Shown: positions 39,275 through 49,291 of the stretch, one piece after another
Numbering within the stretch: the stretch's first letter is position 1
How the letters are laid out: each line of letters opens with the position of its first letter
IMG/VR virus record: IMGVR_UViG_3300028886_000029
Span: 110,007 to 174,006 of that record
DNA: 64,000 nt
Origin: a virus
Taxonomy: Duplodnaviria; Heunggongvirae; Uroviricota; Caudoviricetes
Reading direction: 5' to 3' (one strand)
Program-made: the position numbers and the translations under genes
Notes under the pieces: generated by a model
Database searches by the model: none
Seen by the model: the letters and a program-made list of their open reading frames with translations, nothing else
Told to the model about the DNA's origin: nothing

Positions 39275-40129
39275 ATGAAATATCTACATGAATTTGATAC
39301 AATCAATAACTACAATGAAATGAGATTTGGTGAGGAATATGAGGAACCATGGGTTAGTCTTACCAATGAAAACAGTAAGGTTAATTATAATATAACTGAG
39401 GAAGAACGGGAAAAAGAAAGAGAAGAATTGTTAAATACACCACTTACCTTCACAATAACCAATGCCGGTAATATTATTTGGAAACAAGGAAAATCAGGAA
39501 ACACGAAAAATGTTATAGAATATTCAAAAAACAAAGGGGTGTGGACACCAATAACAGCAAACACCGACAATATCACAACAAGTGAGATTTCAGTTGTACC
39601 TGGTGATATAATACAATTTAGGGGTAACAATAATACATATTCCGCATCGGTAAATGATTTTGACACTTTTAGTGGAAGTACCGCACAGTTCAAAATCAAA
39701 GGTAATATAATGTCATTAATTGACAGTACAAATTTTAGTGGAACAACTACATTAGAAATCGACAACACATTTAGTCAAATTTTTAGAAACTGTACCGGTT
39801 TAACAAGTGCAAGTCAATTATTATTACCTGCAACCACATTAACTAAAGCTTGTTACTACGGAATGTTTCGATATTGTACTAATTTAATAACAGCACCTGA
39901 GTTACCTGCAACAATATTAACTGAGCGTTGTTATGAGTATATGTTTCAAGGTTGCACTAAACTTAATTACATTAAGTGTCTTGCAACTAATATATCAGCA
40001 GGTTATTGTACATATAACTGGGTAAGTGGTGTGGCATCATCAGGTACATTTGTCAAGGCGGCATCTATAACATCTTGGTCAACAGGCGTAGATGGTATCC
40101 CAACAGGTTGGACAAGGATTAATGCTTAA
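39275..40129 (+). CDS. BspA-like/leucine-rich repeat surface-type protein
   Basis: LPATTLTKACYYGMFRYCTNL / PELPATILTERCYEYMFQGCTKL repeats and a C-terminal GIPTGW. Confidence 0.75.
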   Translation: MKYLHEFDTINNYNEMRFGEEYEEPWVSLTNENSKVNYNITEEEREKEREELLNTPLTFTITNAGNIIWKQGKSGNTKNVIEYSKNKGVWTPITANTDNITTSEISVVPGDIIQFRGNNNTYSASVNDFDTFSGSTAQFKIKGNIMSLIDSTNFSGTTTLEIDNTFSQIFRNCTGLTSASQLLLPATTLTKACYYGMFRYCTNLITAPELPATILTERCYEYMFQGCTKLNYIKCLATNISAGYCTYNWVSGVASSGTFVKAASITSWSTGVDGIPTGWTRINA

Positions 40130-40137
40130 CATATATA

Positions 40138-40167
40138 AAAAGAGAGGTAATCACTTACCTCTCTTTT
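40138..40167. terminator. Bidirectional terminator/palindrome, exact reverse complement of 7904..7933
   Basis: AAAAGAGAGGTAA-tcac-TTACCTCTCTTTT between convergent genes. Confidence 0.8.
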
Positions 40168-40190
40168 CTGTTAAATAACAACCATACTAT

Positions 40191-40484
40191 TTAGAATTTC
40201 CTTTTGTTCCATTCCTCAGCGTCCTGTGTGATTTTTTTTGCCCACTCATACAGCTCAACCTTAGGGTCATAGTTACTATTCACCATACTGTTTTTCTTAA
40301 CCAAAGACAACTCCTTGGCAATATTGAAAGCCGCATCGTACAATTTACCTAACTCCTCATGTAATTTCGTGTTCAAAGCATAAGCCTCTTCATCTGTATA
40401 TGGGTAACCTTCTTTTAGTACTTTCTTCACACTTTCGCCAATAATGTTTCTTAATTGTTTCTCATTAATCTTAATTTCAGCCAT
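40191..40484 (-). CDS. Small protein with an N-terminal INExQLRxIIxESVxxVLxE motif (putative internal head protein)
   Basis: MAEIKINEKQLRNIIGESVKKVLKEG; upstream ACTATTTAT at 40502. Confidence 0.65.
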   Translation of the reverse strand: MAEIKINEKQLRNIIGESVKKVLKEGYPYTDEEAYALNTKLHEELGKLYDAAFNIAKELSLVKKNSMVNSNYDPKVELYEWAKKITQDAEEWNKRKF

Positions 40485-40526
40485 AATATAATATTTTCTT
40501 TATAAATAGTCTGAAAACAAGAAAAA

Positions 40527-41846
40527 TTATATTCTTGTTCCTTCTACCAAATCAAAATCAACTAAATATCTTCTTATATCAAAATCATTGATGTCATCAA
40601 TCGTAACATATACCATTTTAATATTATGTTCTTCACATAATTTCTTTTTCAATTTGTCCCTTTTTTGTAATAATTTAAATTGTTTTTGAGCATCTTCTTT
40701 CCCTTTACCTGAAAAATCAACCGGTACGAAATGTTGACCACCTTGGCATTCGATTGCAATATTATAATCCGGAAGAAAAAAGTCCAGTCTTAATTTACCT
40801 TTATATTTTAACCAATCAAACATTTTTTGTTCAACAAAATTTATGTCATTTTCAGTCAAATATTCTCTCATTTTCTTTTCCAATTTCGAATCAGAACATT
40901 TGGGACAACCAATGCCCCTTAAATGATGATTTGCTCTCTGCCAAAACTCACCATGTTCTGGACATATTATGCATATTTTATCTAAAATTTGTGTATATTT
41001 TACTTTACTGTAATCATATTTATTGTCATGAACTTTTTTACATGCTTCGATAAAACTTTCATTATCATACACATTTCTCACACATTTTGTACATCCACAC
41101 CCAAGTAAATGTACCCCAGGTGTTTGCCAAAATTCTCCATGCTCAGGACATATTATGCATATAGGCGTGATATTATTAATATATTCTACTTTTGAATAGT
41201 CATATCTGTCACCATGTATTTTTTTTGCTTTATTGATAAAATCTTCTGTTGTTTCACACCTTCCAGCACATTTAGGGCATCCTTGTTTAGCTGACAAATG
41301 TTTGTTTGGTTTTTGCCAAAATTCACCATGCTCAGGACATATTATACATACCGGTGTTTTTGTATTAACATAGTTCACTTTACTATAATCGTATTTATCA
41401 CCATGAATTTGCCTCGCCTTTTTAATAAAATCTTCTGTACTCAACAAATTTTTACTTGAGTACTTCTTGATGCCGCATTTTTTACACCCTTTTCCATGTA
41501 AATGATTCCCAACTTTTTGTGTAAACTCCCCATGTTCAGGGCATATTATTGTTACAGGCGTATCCCAATCAACATAAACCGTTTTCGAATAATCATATTT
41601 ATCTCCGTGAACTTCTTTTGCTCTTTTTATAAATTCTTCTGTTGTTTTATATTTACCAACACATTTAGGACAGCCAACACCGTTCAAATGATGACTTGCT
41701 CTTTGCATAAATTCACCGTGTTCAGGACATATTATACAAACTTTAGTATGATTACCTTTATATTCGACTTTAGAATAGTCATATTTATCTCCGTGAACTT
41801 CTTTTGCTCTTTTAATAAATTCTTCTGTTGTTAATTTTTTTGACAT
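40527..41846 (-). mobile_element. Free-standing homing-endonuclease-like gene: five Zn-binding CPxHGEF...GCPKC repeats plus a C-terminal Vsr/DUF559-like PD-(D/E)xK nuclease
   Basis: Five YDYSK...CPEHGEF.Q...HL.G.GC..C units; RLDFFLPDYNIAIECQGGQH. Confidence 0.8.
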
Positions 41847-42029
41847 GATACATTAAAGAAAAAGAAGAAAGTACTAAAATGTCTATTGTGAGACCTAACA
41901 TTAAAGTACAATCTTCCCATATTTCTTTTGTTAATTCAGGGTCTCACTTCTGTATTAACTTATTATCATTTATAAATAGTATTAACACTACAAAAATATA
42001 AAAAATAATTTAAAAAAACAAATATTTAG

Positions 42030-43712
42030 TTATATTCTGGTACCTTCGATAAGGTCAAATGGCACTTCATATCTACGATTAGGTTTTATATTAACTTGTA
42101 CCCACAAAGAAAAAAGCCTTTCGCCAAGGAAGCCCAATACGTGACATTGCCAATCGTAAGTCCTTGAACTTAAATTAGTTACATCAACACCTTCCATTTG
42201 ATATCTAATATATTTTCCTTCAAGTGTATTCTTTTTTACATGTGCTAATATATCTTCATTTGAATTGATATTATTCTCTTTAAGCCATCCTTCAAGGCAG
42301 TTAAACATAAACTCACAAAATTCATCGTATTTCTCAGCTTTCATGATATATCCAGATGAATAATACAAATCCTCACCATGTTCAATATATTTATTCCACC
42401 ATCTTCTATACTCAGAATAAAGTTCACCAACAACTTTCCTTAATGATTCAAGGTCATCAACACAATGTGAGAACCTATATCCACCCCTTACGGTTTTCGC
42501 CGGAATATAATCATAATTTTTTGGGTAGTTATATGGTTTGGCGCAAATCACGTCATAATTCTCAAATATCTTATCAAAATCAGTGTTTTCATCAATTCCC
42601 TGAAATCTTCTTCTATATTGGCAATTTCCCTTGTATTTTGCGTCCTTAATGTTTTTCCATATCCAATAGACACCGGTATTCTCAACATAAAAATAGTTTT
42701 TGTCAGATATATTGTCGCCCGTGTTATCTTTCAATTGACAGACATTATGTGGGTTAACCGCAGCACCACATTGTATTGGTGTCATAATGCTATTATCAAT
42801 GAAATCATAGTCTTTCTTTTCATAACATAACATGAACAATTGCACATCTTTTCTCTTCTCACCTTTAAATGTTGATTCGGCAGGTAAAAGATATGACATG
42901 TCTTTGCCCAATCTTTCCTTAACAATCTTTATTTTCTCAGGTGTTGGTGTGTTGTACCTGAAAAATCTTGTCTCTGTGTAATATACGCTTTTCTCATCAG
43001 TAATAACGTGGTCAGGAAATCCTCTTAACATCTTATCACAATACTCATCAATGGTTTTTGTACTATAATGTCTTAGATATGCCTCCGAAAAATCATAATC
43101 AGAAAATGGGGAGGTTGGATTCACACATCTTTTACCGACAGCGTTACATTGGCTCTTTATGTTTGTTGAGTGTGACTGCGCCCTAAACTTAAAAGGAATG
43201 TCAAGGCATCTTGCTATGGTTTTGATGTGATTATTTTCAGGTATCTTATATGTCACCTGTTTATCAAACGGCAAGGGTGTCTTGAACCTTTCCAAAACAG
43301 GTCTTCCGTCATTTGTCAACATATCATTGTCACCATAACACATCCAATTAATTTTTATGGCGTTAAATTGTTGGAATTTTTCTTGTGACAGATATTCTGT
43401 TATCGTACCTACTTTCGTGAAAGTAAGAAACTCATCACAATCAAAAAAAGCAATCCAATCATATTGGTTCTTGTACTCATTGTAACATTCCTCATATGCT
43501 TGCAATTGGCACACCTTCCTGTTTCTGTAATCTTTTAATATCACAAAACCGTTACCAATATAGTCCCCAATCACTTCCTCAAAATGTTCCTCACCGTCAT
43601 AGTTGTTATCATATAAACAAATGTTAGTGAAACCTAAAGCCTTGTAATACTCAACATATTCTCTGATATATTGATTTTCTTTTCTTCCTATACAACAAAG
43701 TAATGTTCTCAT
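42030..43712 (-). CDS. Two-domain glycosyltransferase: GT-A (GT2/GT92-like) plus DUF4422 (GT111-like)
   Basis: IAFFDCDEFL DxD motif; PIQCGAA...DNTGDNISDKN...YWIWKN...QYRRRF is the DUF4422 signature. Confidence 0.75.
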   Translation of the reverse strand: MRTLLCCIGRKENQYIREYVEYYKALGFTNICLYDNNYDGEEHFEEVIGDYIGNGFVILKDYRNRKVCQLQAYEECYNEYKNQYDWIAFFDCDEFLTFTKVGTITEYLSQEKFQQFNAIKINWMCYGDNDMLTNDGRPVLERFKTPLPFDKQVTYKIPENNHIKTIARCLDIPFKFRAQSHSTNIKSQCNAVGKRCVNPTSPFSDYDFSEAYLRHYSTKTIDEYCDKMLRGFPDHVITDEKSVYYTETRFFRYNTPTPEKIKIVKERLGKDMSYLLPAESTFKGEKRKDVQLFMLCYEKKDYDFIDNSIMTPIQCGAAVNPHNVCQLKDNTGDNISDKNYFYVENTGVYWIWKNIKDAKYKGNCQYRRRFQGIDENTDFDKIFENYDVICAKPYNYPKNYDYIPAKTVRGGYRFSHCVDDLESLRKVVGELYSEYRRWWNKYIEHGEDLYYSSGYIMKAEKYDEFCEFMFNCLEGWLKENNINSNEDILAHVKKNTLEGKYIRYQMEGVDVTNLSSRTYDWQCHVLGFLGERLFSLWVQVNIKPNRRYEVPFDLIEGTRI

Positions 43713-43718
43713 ATTTAG

Positions 43719-44663
43719 TTATTGTTTTTCTATGTAATTCATTATATTTTTTTTCATTTTTCCAAGTGTGGTTTCAGACACCTGTATAATTTTCTGTTTG
43801 TTTTGTTCAATAAACCTATCAACATCAAATGTTTCAGGTTTGTACAATTGTATTGGCATGTTAAAGTAATAGAAGTTCAACATTGGTCTTGTCATACATT
43901 GTGTTATGTATTCTTTGTCTTCTTTTGTTGGTTGTAGTGTTGTCAGTTTGTTTAAAATCTTAACATAAATCTGATAAGTATCACATTGCGCTAACGCTTC
44001 CTGATAGTCTAATGTTTTTATGTTGTTTTTCTTTTTATCTTTAAAATACTCACCCATAAAACTACCAATTGTTGATACATTAGCGGAAACCTCTATTGAA
44101 TATGAACAATATAAACCATAAAAAAAATATCGTGTAAACTCACTATTGCTTCCATTAACAAAATCAGATAGATATCTATATAAAATCATTGATTTTTCAT
44201 TCACGCCTTTTATTTTAGGTAAATTATCCTGAAAACAATGCATTATCTCATGGCACACAGTTGTTATCAATTTATATTTTGGTGTTCCACCCCATATGAT
44301 TTTCAATTTAATTGTAGGCGTGTTATCGTCATATTCTCTAACACCTTGTACTGTTTTTCCTTTGAAATTAATGTCTAATGTCCATTCACTGATAACCTTA
44401 ACTTTCCCAACACCTTCTATATCACCAACAGTTTCAACAACCGTAACATCATTGTTTTGTGTGTTTTGACCTCCATTAAAATCACTAAATATTTTATCTG
44501 TGAGTTTTTTTACCGAATCATATTGTCCAGGAAATGAACCATATGCTTCATTTAGCATTTTTTCAGAAAACAAAGAATTTTGTTCGTGGAAAATTTTTTG
44601 TTCTTCCAAAAAAAACCTACGACAATCAGCATCAATCCACATCTGTCTCAATTTATTTTCCAT
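43719..44663 (-). CDS. HExxH zincin-like protein
   Basis: VCHEIMHCFQ with downstream LYCSYSIEVSA. Confidence 0.55.
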   Translation of the reverse strand: MENKLRQMWIDADCRRFFLEEQKIFHEQNSLFSEKMLNEAYGSFPGQYDSVKKLTDKIFSDFNGGQNTQNNDVTVVETVGDIEGVGKVKVISEWTLDINFKGKTVQGVREYDDNTPTIKLKIIWGGTPKYKLITTVCHEIMHCFQDNLPKIKGVNEKSMILYRYLSDFVNGSNSEFTRYFFYGLYCSYSIEVSANVSTIGSFMGEYFKDKKKNNIKTLDYQEALAQCDTYQIYVKILNKLTTLQPTKEDKEYITQCMTRPMLNFYYFNMPIQLYKPETFDVDRFIEQNKQKIIQVSETTLGKMKKNIMNYIEKQ

Positions 44664-44726
44664 ATTTGTTCCAAATAATTATTAAACGACTTCTTAATTC
44701 CTTCCGCTTGTATTTCTTGTTTAATT

Positions 44727-45476
44727 TCATTTTTTAATAAATATTTCACCTAAAACAGTTTCAACACAGTTTACCTCTTTAGGTACTATTACTCTATTAT
44801 TTAAATATTTTTTATCAATTTCTTTTAAAATATCACTGCTTTCCCGTTTTTTTATTTCTTCTAAACATCTTAAACAAATAATCTTGTTTAATTTTTTAAA
44901 ATTAAATTTTTCTTTATATGAATCAGATTCAAGAGTTCTCAAAACCGTAAAATAATCAACACCCATTGTCTGATATAACTTAAACAAATTAAAAGTAATT
45001 CCGACATCATCAACACCTGTATAAAGTGGCTTCAATTCAAGACTGTCAAACAAATCTTTTAAAACACATCTATTAAAAACAAGCAAATTTCCCCTTAAAA
45101 ACGGTATTCCTTGACTACCTACATTTGACACCACTTTACAACCATACAATTCTCTCTTATTGGGGTCAAGGGTTTCCAATGTGTCTAATAACAAATCCAC
45201 ATTAACCCAATTAGATGTATTTGTCCGTATTACAAAATCATAATCTTTGTTTTTAAAAACATATAAAGCCCTAACAGTTTTTAGAAATGTGCTATTTAAA
45301 TCATCTTTACAATTTAGCAATAACACATCCCCTTCAAGGGTGTCGTCACCCTCTCCCCTGTAATAAAATATATCACAGTCCTTCCTGAGCCTTTTAGCCC
45401 ATGTTTCCCTTATAATCTGTTCCTCATTTAAATATCTTTCCTGATTACAGGACTGTACTAAAAATAAAACTCTCAT
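44727..45476 (-). CDS. GT31/galactosyltransferase-like GT-A protein
   Basis: DDLNSTFLKT...YDFVIRTNTS...G.LLVFN...VDDV pattern. Confidence 0.6.
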   Translation of the reverse strand: MRVLFLVQSCNQERYLNEEQIIRETWAKRLRKDCDIFYYRGEGDDTLEGDVLLLNCKDDLNSTFLKTVRALYVFKNKDYDFVIRTNTSNWVNVDLLLDTLETLDPNKRELYGCKVVSNVGSQGIPFLRGNLLVFNRCVLKDLFDSLELKPLYTGVDDVGITFNLFKLYQTMGVDYFTVLRTLESDSYKEKFNFKKLNKIICLRCLEEIKKRESSDILKEIDKKYLNNRVIVPKEVNCVETVLGEIFIKK

Positions 45477-46894
45477 TGCAAATTAATAACTAAAGGCTTA
45501 CTAATGGTTAATTTTCCGTGTGCTTCATATATCTCAATTATAACATCGTCAAAAACAACATTTTCAAAATATTGTTTATTAGACTTACTATTTCTATTAT
45601 CCAAAAAAACAACTTCTTTATAATAACAACATAATATTGGTATTGCAGGTATTAACATACTATCACCTGTCACCAACAATTTTTTATCATTATCAATTGT
45701 CTCATTAATAATTTTACAACATGAATGACTTCCCCTAAACAATTTATGATAATTTGAATTAATCTCATAACCGGTAGTATCATCCCATACTTCATTTACA
45801 AAGTTTAATGATGAAAAATCACCATGTTCAGATAATACTTTTCCTTCTTTGCTAAAAGTAAACTTCATATCTTTATTTTTAGGCACCAGATAACTTAAAT
45901 CATGTCTTTTATCTTCACTAAAATAATCAACCAACTCAAAATCATTCATGTTAAAATTAAGATTTTTAATGTAAAGGTTCATTAGTGGTAAAATCATTTT
46001 ATAAAAATTACTTGGATATAGGTGATGTTCATTACATTTGTAGCCAACCATATATTTCAAATTCAACCACCTCATATCAATTGTTTTTTTATCTTTTAAA
46101 AAACTATCCCAATCAGATAATGACCATATGGTTTGTTCAGGCTTAGGAAATCTCATCCAAAATATATTATCATTTGATTTTGCTAATAATGTAGGCTTTT
46201 TAACATCACTGTGCGTTACATTCCATTTAAACACATCACCATGAAATATGGCTTTATCAAGAACAACAATATCAGTATTGTTACCCCCTTGTCTATCTTT
46301 CCATAAACAATAATATAACGATAATTGGTCTCTATGTGATTTTTCCCTTACTTCGTCCCACCATAATTCCATTAATCTTTTACAATTCTCATTATTGTGA
46401 TATCTAAATATAATACAAGTTTGTGTCAAGCCATAATGTAATGGCATACCTTCTTTGTGATATTCAATTACTTGGTCAGCAATTTTATGGGCATCATCTT
46501 TTCTTGCATAAATACATGCTTTGGCTTCGTCAAAAATACAATCTCTATCAGGGTGTTTACCGATAAAAATATAACCTTTAGTTTTTGGGCAATTTTCTTT
46601 GATATACGTGTTAACATCACCAACAACTTGTACATTACCATCAATATAAACAGAAAAATCATATTCTGGAAGATATTTATGTGTCAATATTTTAATTGCC
46701 CTTTGTTGCTTTACGAAAGAAAGCCCTTTTAATTCCTCAGGTATTTTCCTAAAAGTCCAAATGTCACTTTTAAGTTCGGTATTGTCTGTAAAACAAACAT
46801 AATCATACCCCTTAATTTGAGGTTGTTCAATTAAGTTGTCATACCCACCGGTAATAACCGTATATATTACTTTTTTACTCTTAGTCGCTGCCAT
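45473..46894 (-). CDS. DUF616-like glycosyltransferase fused to a C-terminal SGNH/AlgX-like (GDS) domain
   Basis: VIYTVITGGYD, YVCFTD, VYIDGN, HPDRDCIFDEA and RDQLS motifs; C-terminal KKLLVTGDS. Confidence 0.65.
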   Translation of the reverse strand: MAATKSKKVIYTVITGGYDNLIEQPQIKGYDYVCFTDNTELKSDIWTFRKIPEELKGLSFVKQQRAIKILTHKYLPEYDFSVYIDGNVQVVGDVNTYIKENCPKTKGYIFIGKHPDRDCIFDEAKACIYARKDDAHKIADQVIEYHKEGMPLHYGLTQTCIIFRYHNNENCKRLMELWWDEVREKSHRDQLSLYYCLWKDRQGGNNTDIVVLDKAIFHGDVFKWNVTHSDVKKPTLLAKSNDNIFWMRFPKPEQTIWSLSDWDSFLKDKKTIDMRWLNLKYMVGYKCNEHHLYPSNFYKMILPLMNLYIKNLNFNMNDFELVDYFSEDKRHDLSYLVPKNKDMKFTFSKEGKVLSEHGDFSSLNFVNEVWDDTTGYEINSNYHKLFRGSHSCCKIINETIDNDKKLLVTGDSMLIPAIPILCCYYKEVVFLDNRNSKSNKQYFENVVFDDVIIEIYEAHGKLTISKPLVINLQ

Positions 46895-46897
46895 TTT

Positions 46898-48604
46898 CTA
46901 ATAGTTATGCATATTATTTTCACCAATATTCTTTTTCCTTGCCCTTGCCTCATATATAGCCTTAATCCTCTCGGCCTTATCTTTTCTCACATAAGGAACA
47001 CTGACGGTTTTTTTAATCCCAACATTTTTCTCTTTCTCAGTTTTGGGTTTCACCGCATTGACATAACAACTGATGTCACTGTCTTTAGTGATTTCCTTAT
47101 ATGTGTTTGTCATTCTCACACAAATAGCATCATCAGCGGATTTTACCCAACCTTTCACCCTCTCACAATAGACAAGATTTCTCCTTCGCTCAGGTGACGC
47201 AAAATTTGTCGCCTTGGCAACAGTTAGATTTGTGGTGTGGATTCTTCTGTCAAACAACACTTTATCAAGCCTCTTTCTTCTGACAATTTTCCTTAACCTT
47301 ATCTCAAACTCAGAATCCGCACTACAAGACCATGGCATGTACCCACCATATTTGTCAAAATATTCATGTCTCACCATAATCTGTCCACATGCCCATTGCA
47401 CATTTTTCCGTTTTCCAAAGTTCTGCATCTTGAAATTGATAAAGTCAGTGTCTTTCATGGTGTTCACCAACGTCTCAATCATCTCAGGTCTCATTATATC
47501 ATCACAATCAAACCTCACCAACTTATCATATTTCGCCAATGACATCATGGTGTTTGTTGTCACATAAGTACCCCTATTACTGTCCATCATAAACACCCTG
47601 AGATTCTTGTAATTACCCATTATTTCCTGAACCTTCTTCAATGTGTTGTAGCAATAATCAACACCCAATAAAATCTCCCAATTATCATGTGTCTTGAACC
47701 ATGTCTGTTTCTTTATTGAATCCAGCGTTTCCTCAACATAATCAGCCACATCATATCCAGTCAAACAAATAGAGACACCTTCCTTATATTTGGGTAATGT
47801 CGGTAACTTCAACATATTACCGACCATTATCTCATCTTCAGGTTTCTTATATCTGAAATATCCCCTACCAGGTGTGAATGTCATTTCACCCAAGTAAACA
47901 ACACCGTCAACACAATAAAAGTCAACCCTGACGAAATGAAAATCCTCCGACAATTTCTCAGCGTACTCAACCATTGTGTTGAATCCGTTCGGTTTCTCAT
48001 ACTTATCATTCACACCAACACCATATAAATCAATCGGCCTGTCATTCATGTCATAGTACATAATGTCGCCATGGCCATGACCGTCATTTATTGTCCACAA
48101 TCTTGGTTTACCGTTAAAACACCAAAATTTATAATCATATAATGAACTGACTTGCTTCTCGTCACCCAACAATTTCTCCGCAAATATCTTTGGGGTTATA
48201 TATGAGTAATGTGGTTGACAACTCTCATAACCAAAATCTGTCGCCAACCATGTTTTACACTTCTTAATGACATCTTCTTTATTTAATTTGGATTTGTCCT
48301 TACAGATGATATTCATGTTGTACCCATGGTTTGCCTTAATAACAAACTCGTTGGGTAAGTCATCGAACTTAATATCATTAACATCATTAAACACCTTAAT
48401 GACAGGCACACAAATGTCCTTACCTAATTTTTCTATTACATATTGATGTAAGCCTAATTTATCGGCACACCTCCCCTTTAATGGAGTAGAATCATGTATT
48501 TTTAACCAATTAATCTTATCTTCAATTGTCTTAGGTGCTTTTATATTTACCTTGTTTTTTTTGATTTCGTCAACCAATTGTCTATTGTTCAATTCTAACT
48601 GCAT
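46898..48604 (-). CDS. TupA-like ATP-grasp domain fused to a GT2 glycosyltransferase
   Basis: ADKL...FVIKANHG...IFAEKLL...DYKFWCFNG...FVRVDFY...YLGEMTFTPG; GT2 part has RFDCDD. Confidence 0.8.
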   Translation of the reverse strand: MQLELNNRQLVDEIKKNKVNIKAPKTIEDKINWLKIHDSTPLKGRCADKLGLHQYVIEKLGKDICVPVIKVFNDVNDIKFDDLPNEFVIKANHGYNMNIICKDKSKLNKEDVIKKCKTWLATDFGYESCQPHYSYITPKIFAEKLLGDEKQVSSLYDYKFWCFNGKPRLWTINDGHGHGDIMYYDMNDRPIDLYGVGVNDKYEKPNGFNTMVEYAEKLSEDFHFVRVDFYCVDGVVYLGEMTFTPGRGYFRYKKPEDEIMVGNMLKLPTLPKYKEGVSICLTGYDVADYVEETLDSIKKQTWFKTHDNWEILLGVDYCYNTLKKVQEIMGNYKNLRVFMMDSNRGTYVTTNTMMSLAKYDKLVRFDCDDIMRPEMIETLVNTMKDTDFINFKMQNFGKRKNVQWACGQIMVRHEYFDKYGGYMPWSCSADSEFEIRLRKIVRRKRLDKVLFDRRIHTTNLTVAKATNFASPERRRNLVYCERVKGWVKSADDAICVRMTNTYKEITKDSDISCYVNAVKPKTEKEKNVGIKKTVSVPYVRKDKAERIKAIYEARARKKNIGENNMHNY

Positions 48605-48764
48605 ATATAAATCAATTTGTTTTCAAAATAAAAGATAACACTAAAATAGTCAACAAAATATAATATATATTTCTAACAAAAAAAAAAGAATAACATATCC
48701 ATAATCAGATATATTATTCTTATGTATATTGTTTATTACACATTTGTTGTAACAAACTTGAACC

Positions 48765-49250
48765 TCAGCTTTCATTTAACACTTTCCTTACGCTTTCAGC
48801 GACAATATTCATCATTTTTTTCTCGTTTAGTTTAATACCGCCACTTTTTTTTGATTCTGTCATGTTGTCGTCCTCAAACGGATTATACTCCTTCTCACCA
48901 TATTCCATTATGTAATCTTGTATTTCACTCTCATGTTCCTGCACAAAATTTTCAAAGGCCATGTCATCGTTCTCATCAATTCCCATATCCCTTGCCTCAT
49001 CCACAAGCATGTTCTCAACATCGTAATAATTAATTGTCATGCCATTGTAAATCAACTCAGGGTCTGAAAATTCACCATGCCACCTAACTTTTATATTTTT
49101 ACACCCATAAAAATTATCTGTTTCACCCAATTTTCCACCACCCAAAGTAGTGTCATACAGTTCACTGTCTTCCATTAGATGTTTATATACGGACTCCACA
49201 ATCATGCTTCTTAATTGGTTCTCGTTTATTTTAATCTTTTCCATATTCAA
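48765..49250 (-). CDS. Acidic protein with two copies of the LNExxLxxIVxESV motif (putative internal head protein)
   Basis: KINENQLRSMIVESVYKHLMED at the N-terminus and KLNEKKMMNIVAESVRKVLNES at the C-terminus. Confidence 0.65.
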   Translation of the reverse strand: MNMEKIKINENQLRSMIVESVYKHLMEDSELYDTTLGGGKLGETDNFYGCKNIKVRWHGEFSDPELIYNGMTINYYDVENMLVDEARDMGIDENDDMAFENFVQEHESEIQDYIMEYGEKEYNPFEDDNMTESKKSGGIKLNEKKMMNIVAESVRKVLNES

Positions 49251-49291
49251 AACTATTTTCTTTATAAATAGTATGGAAAATTAAAAAACAA

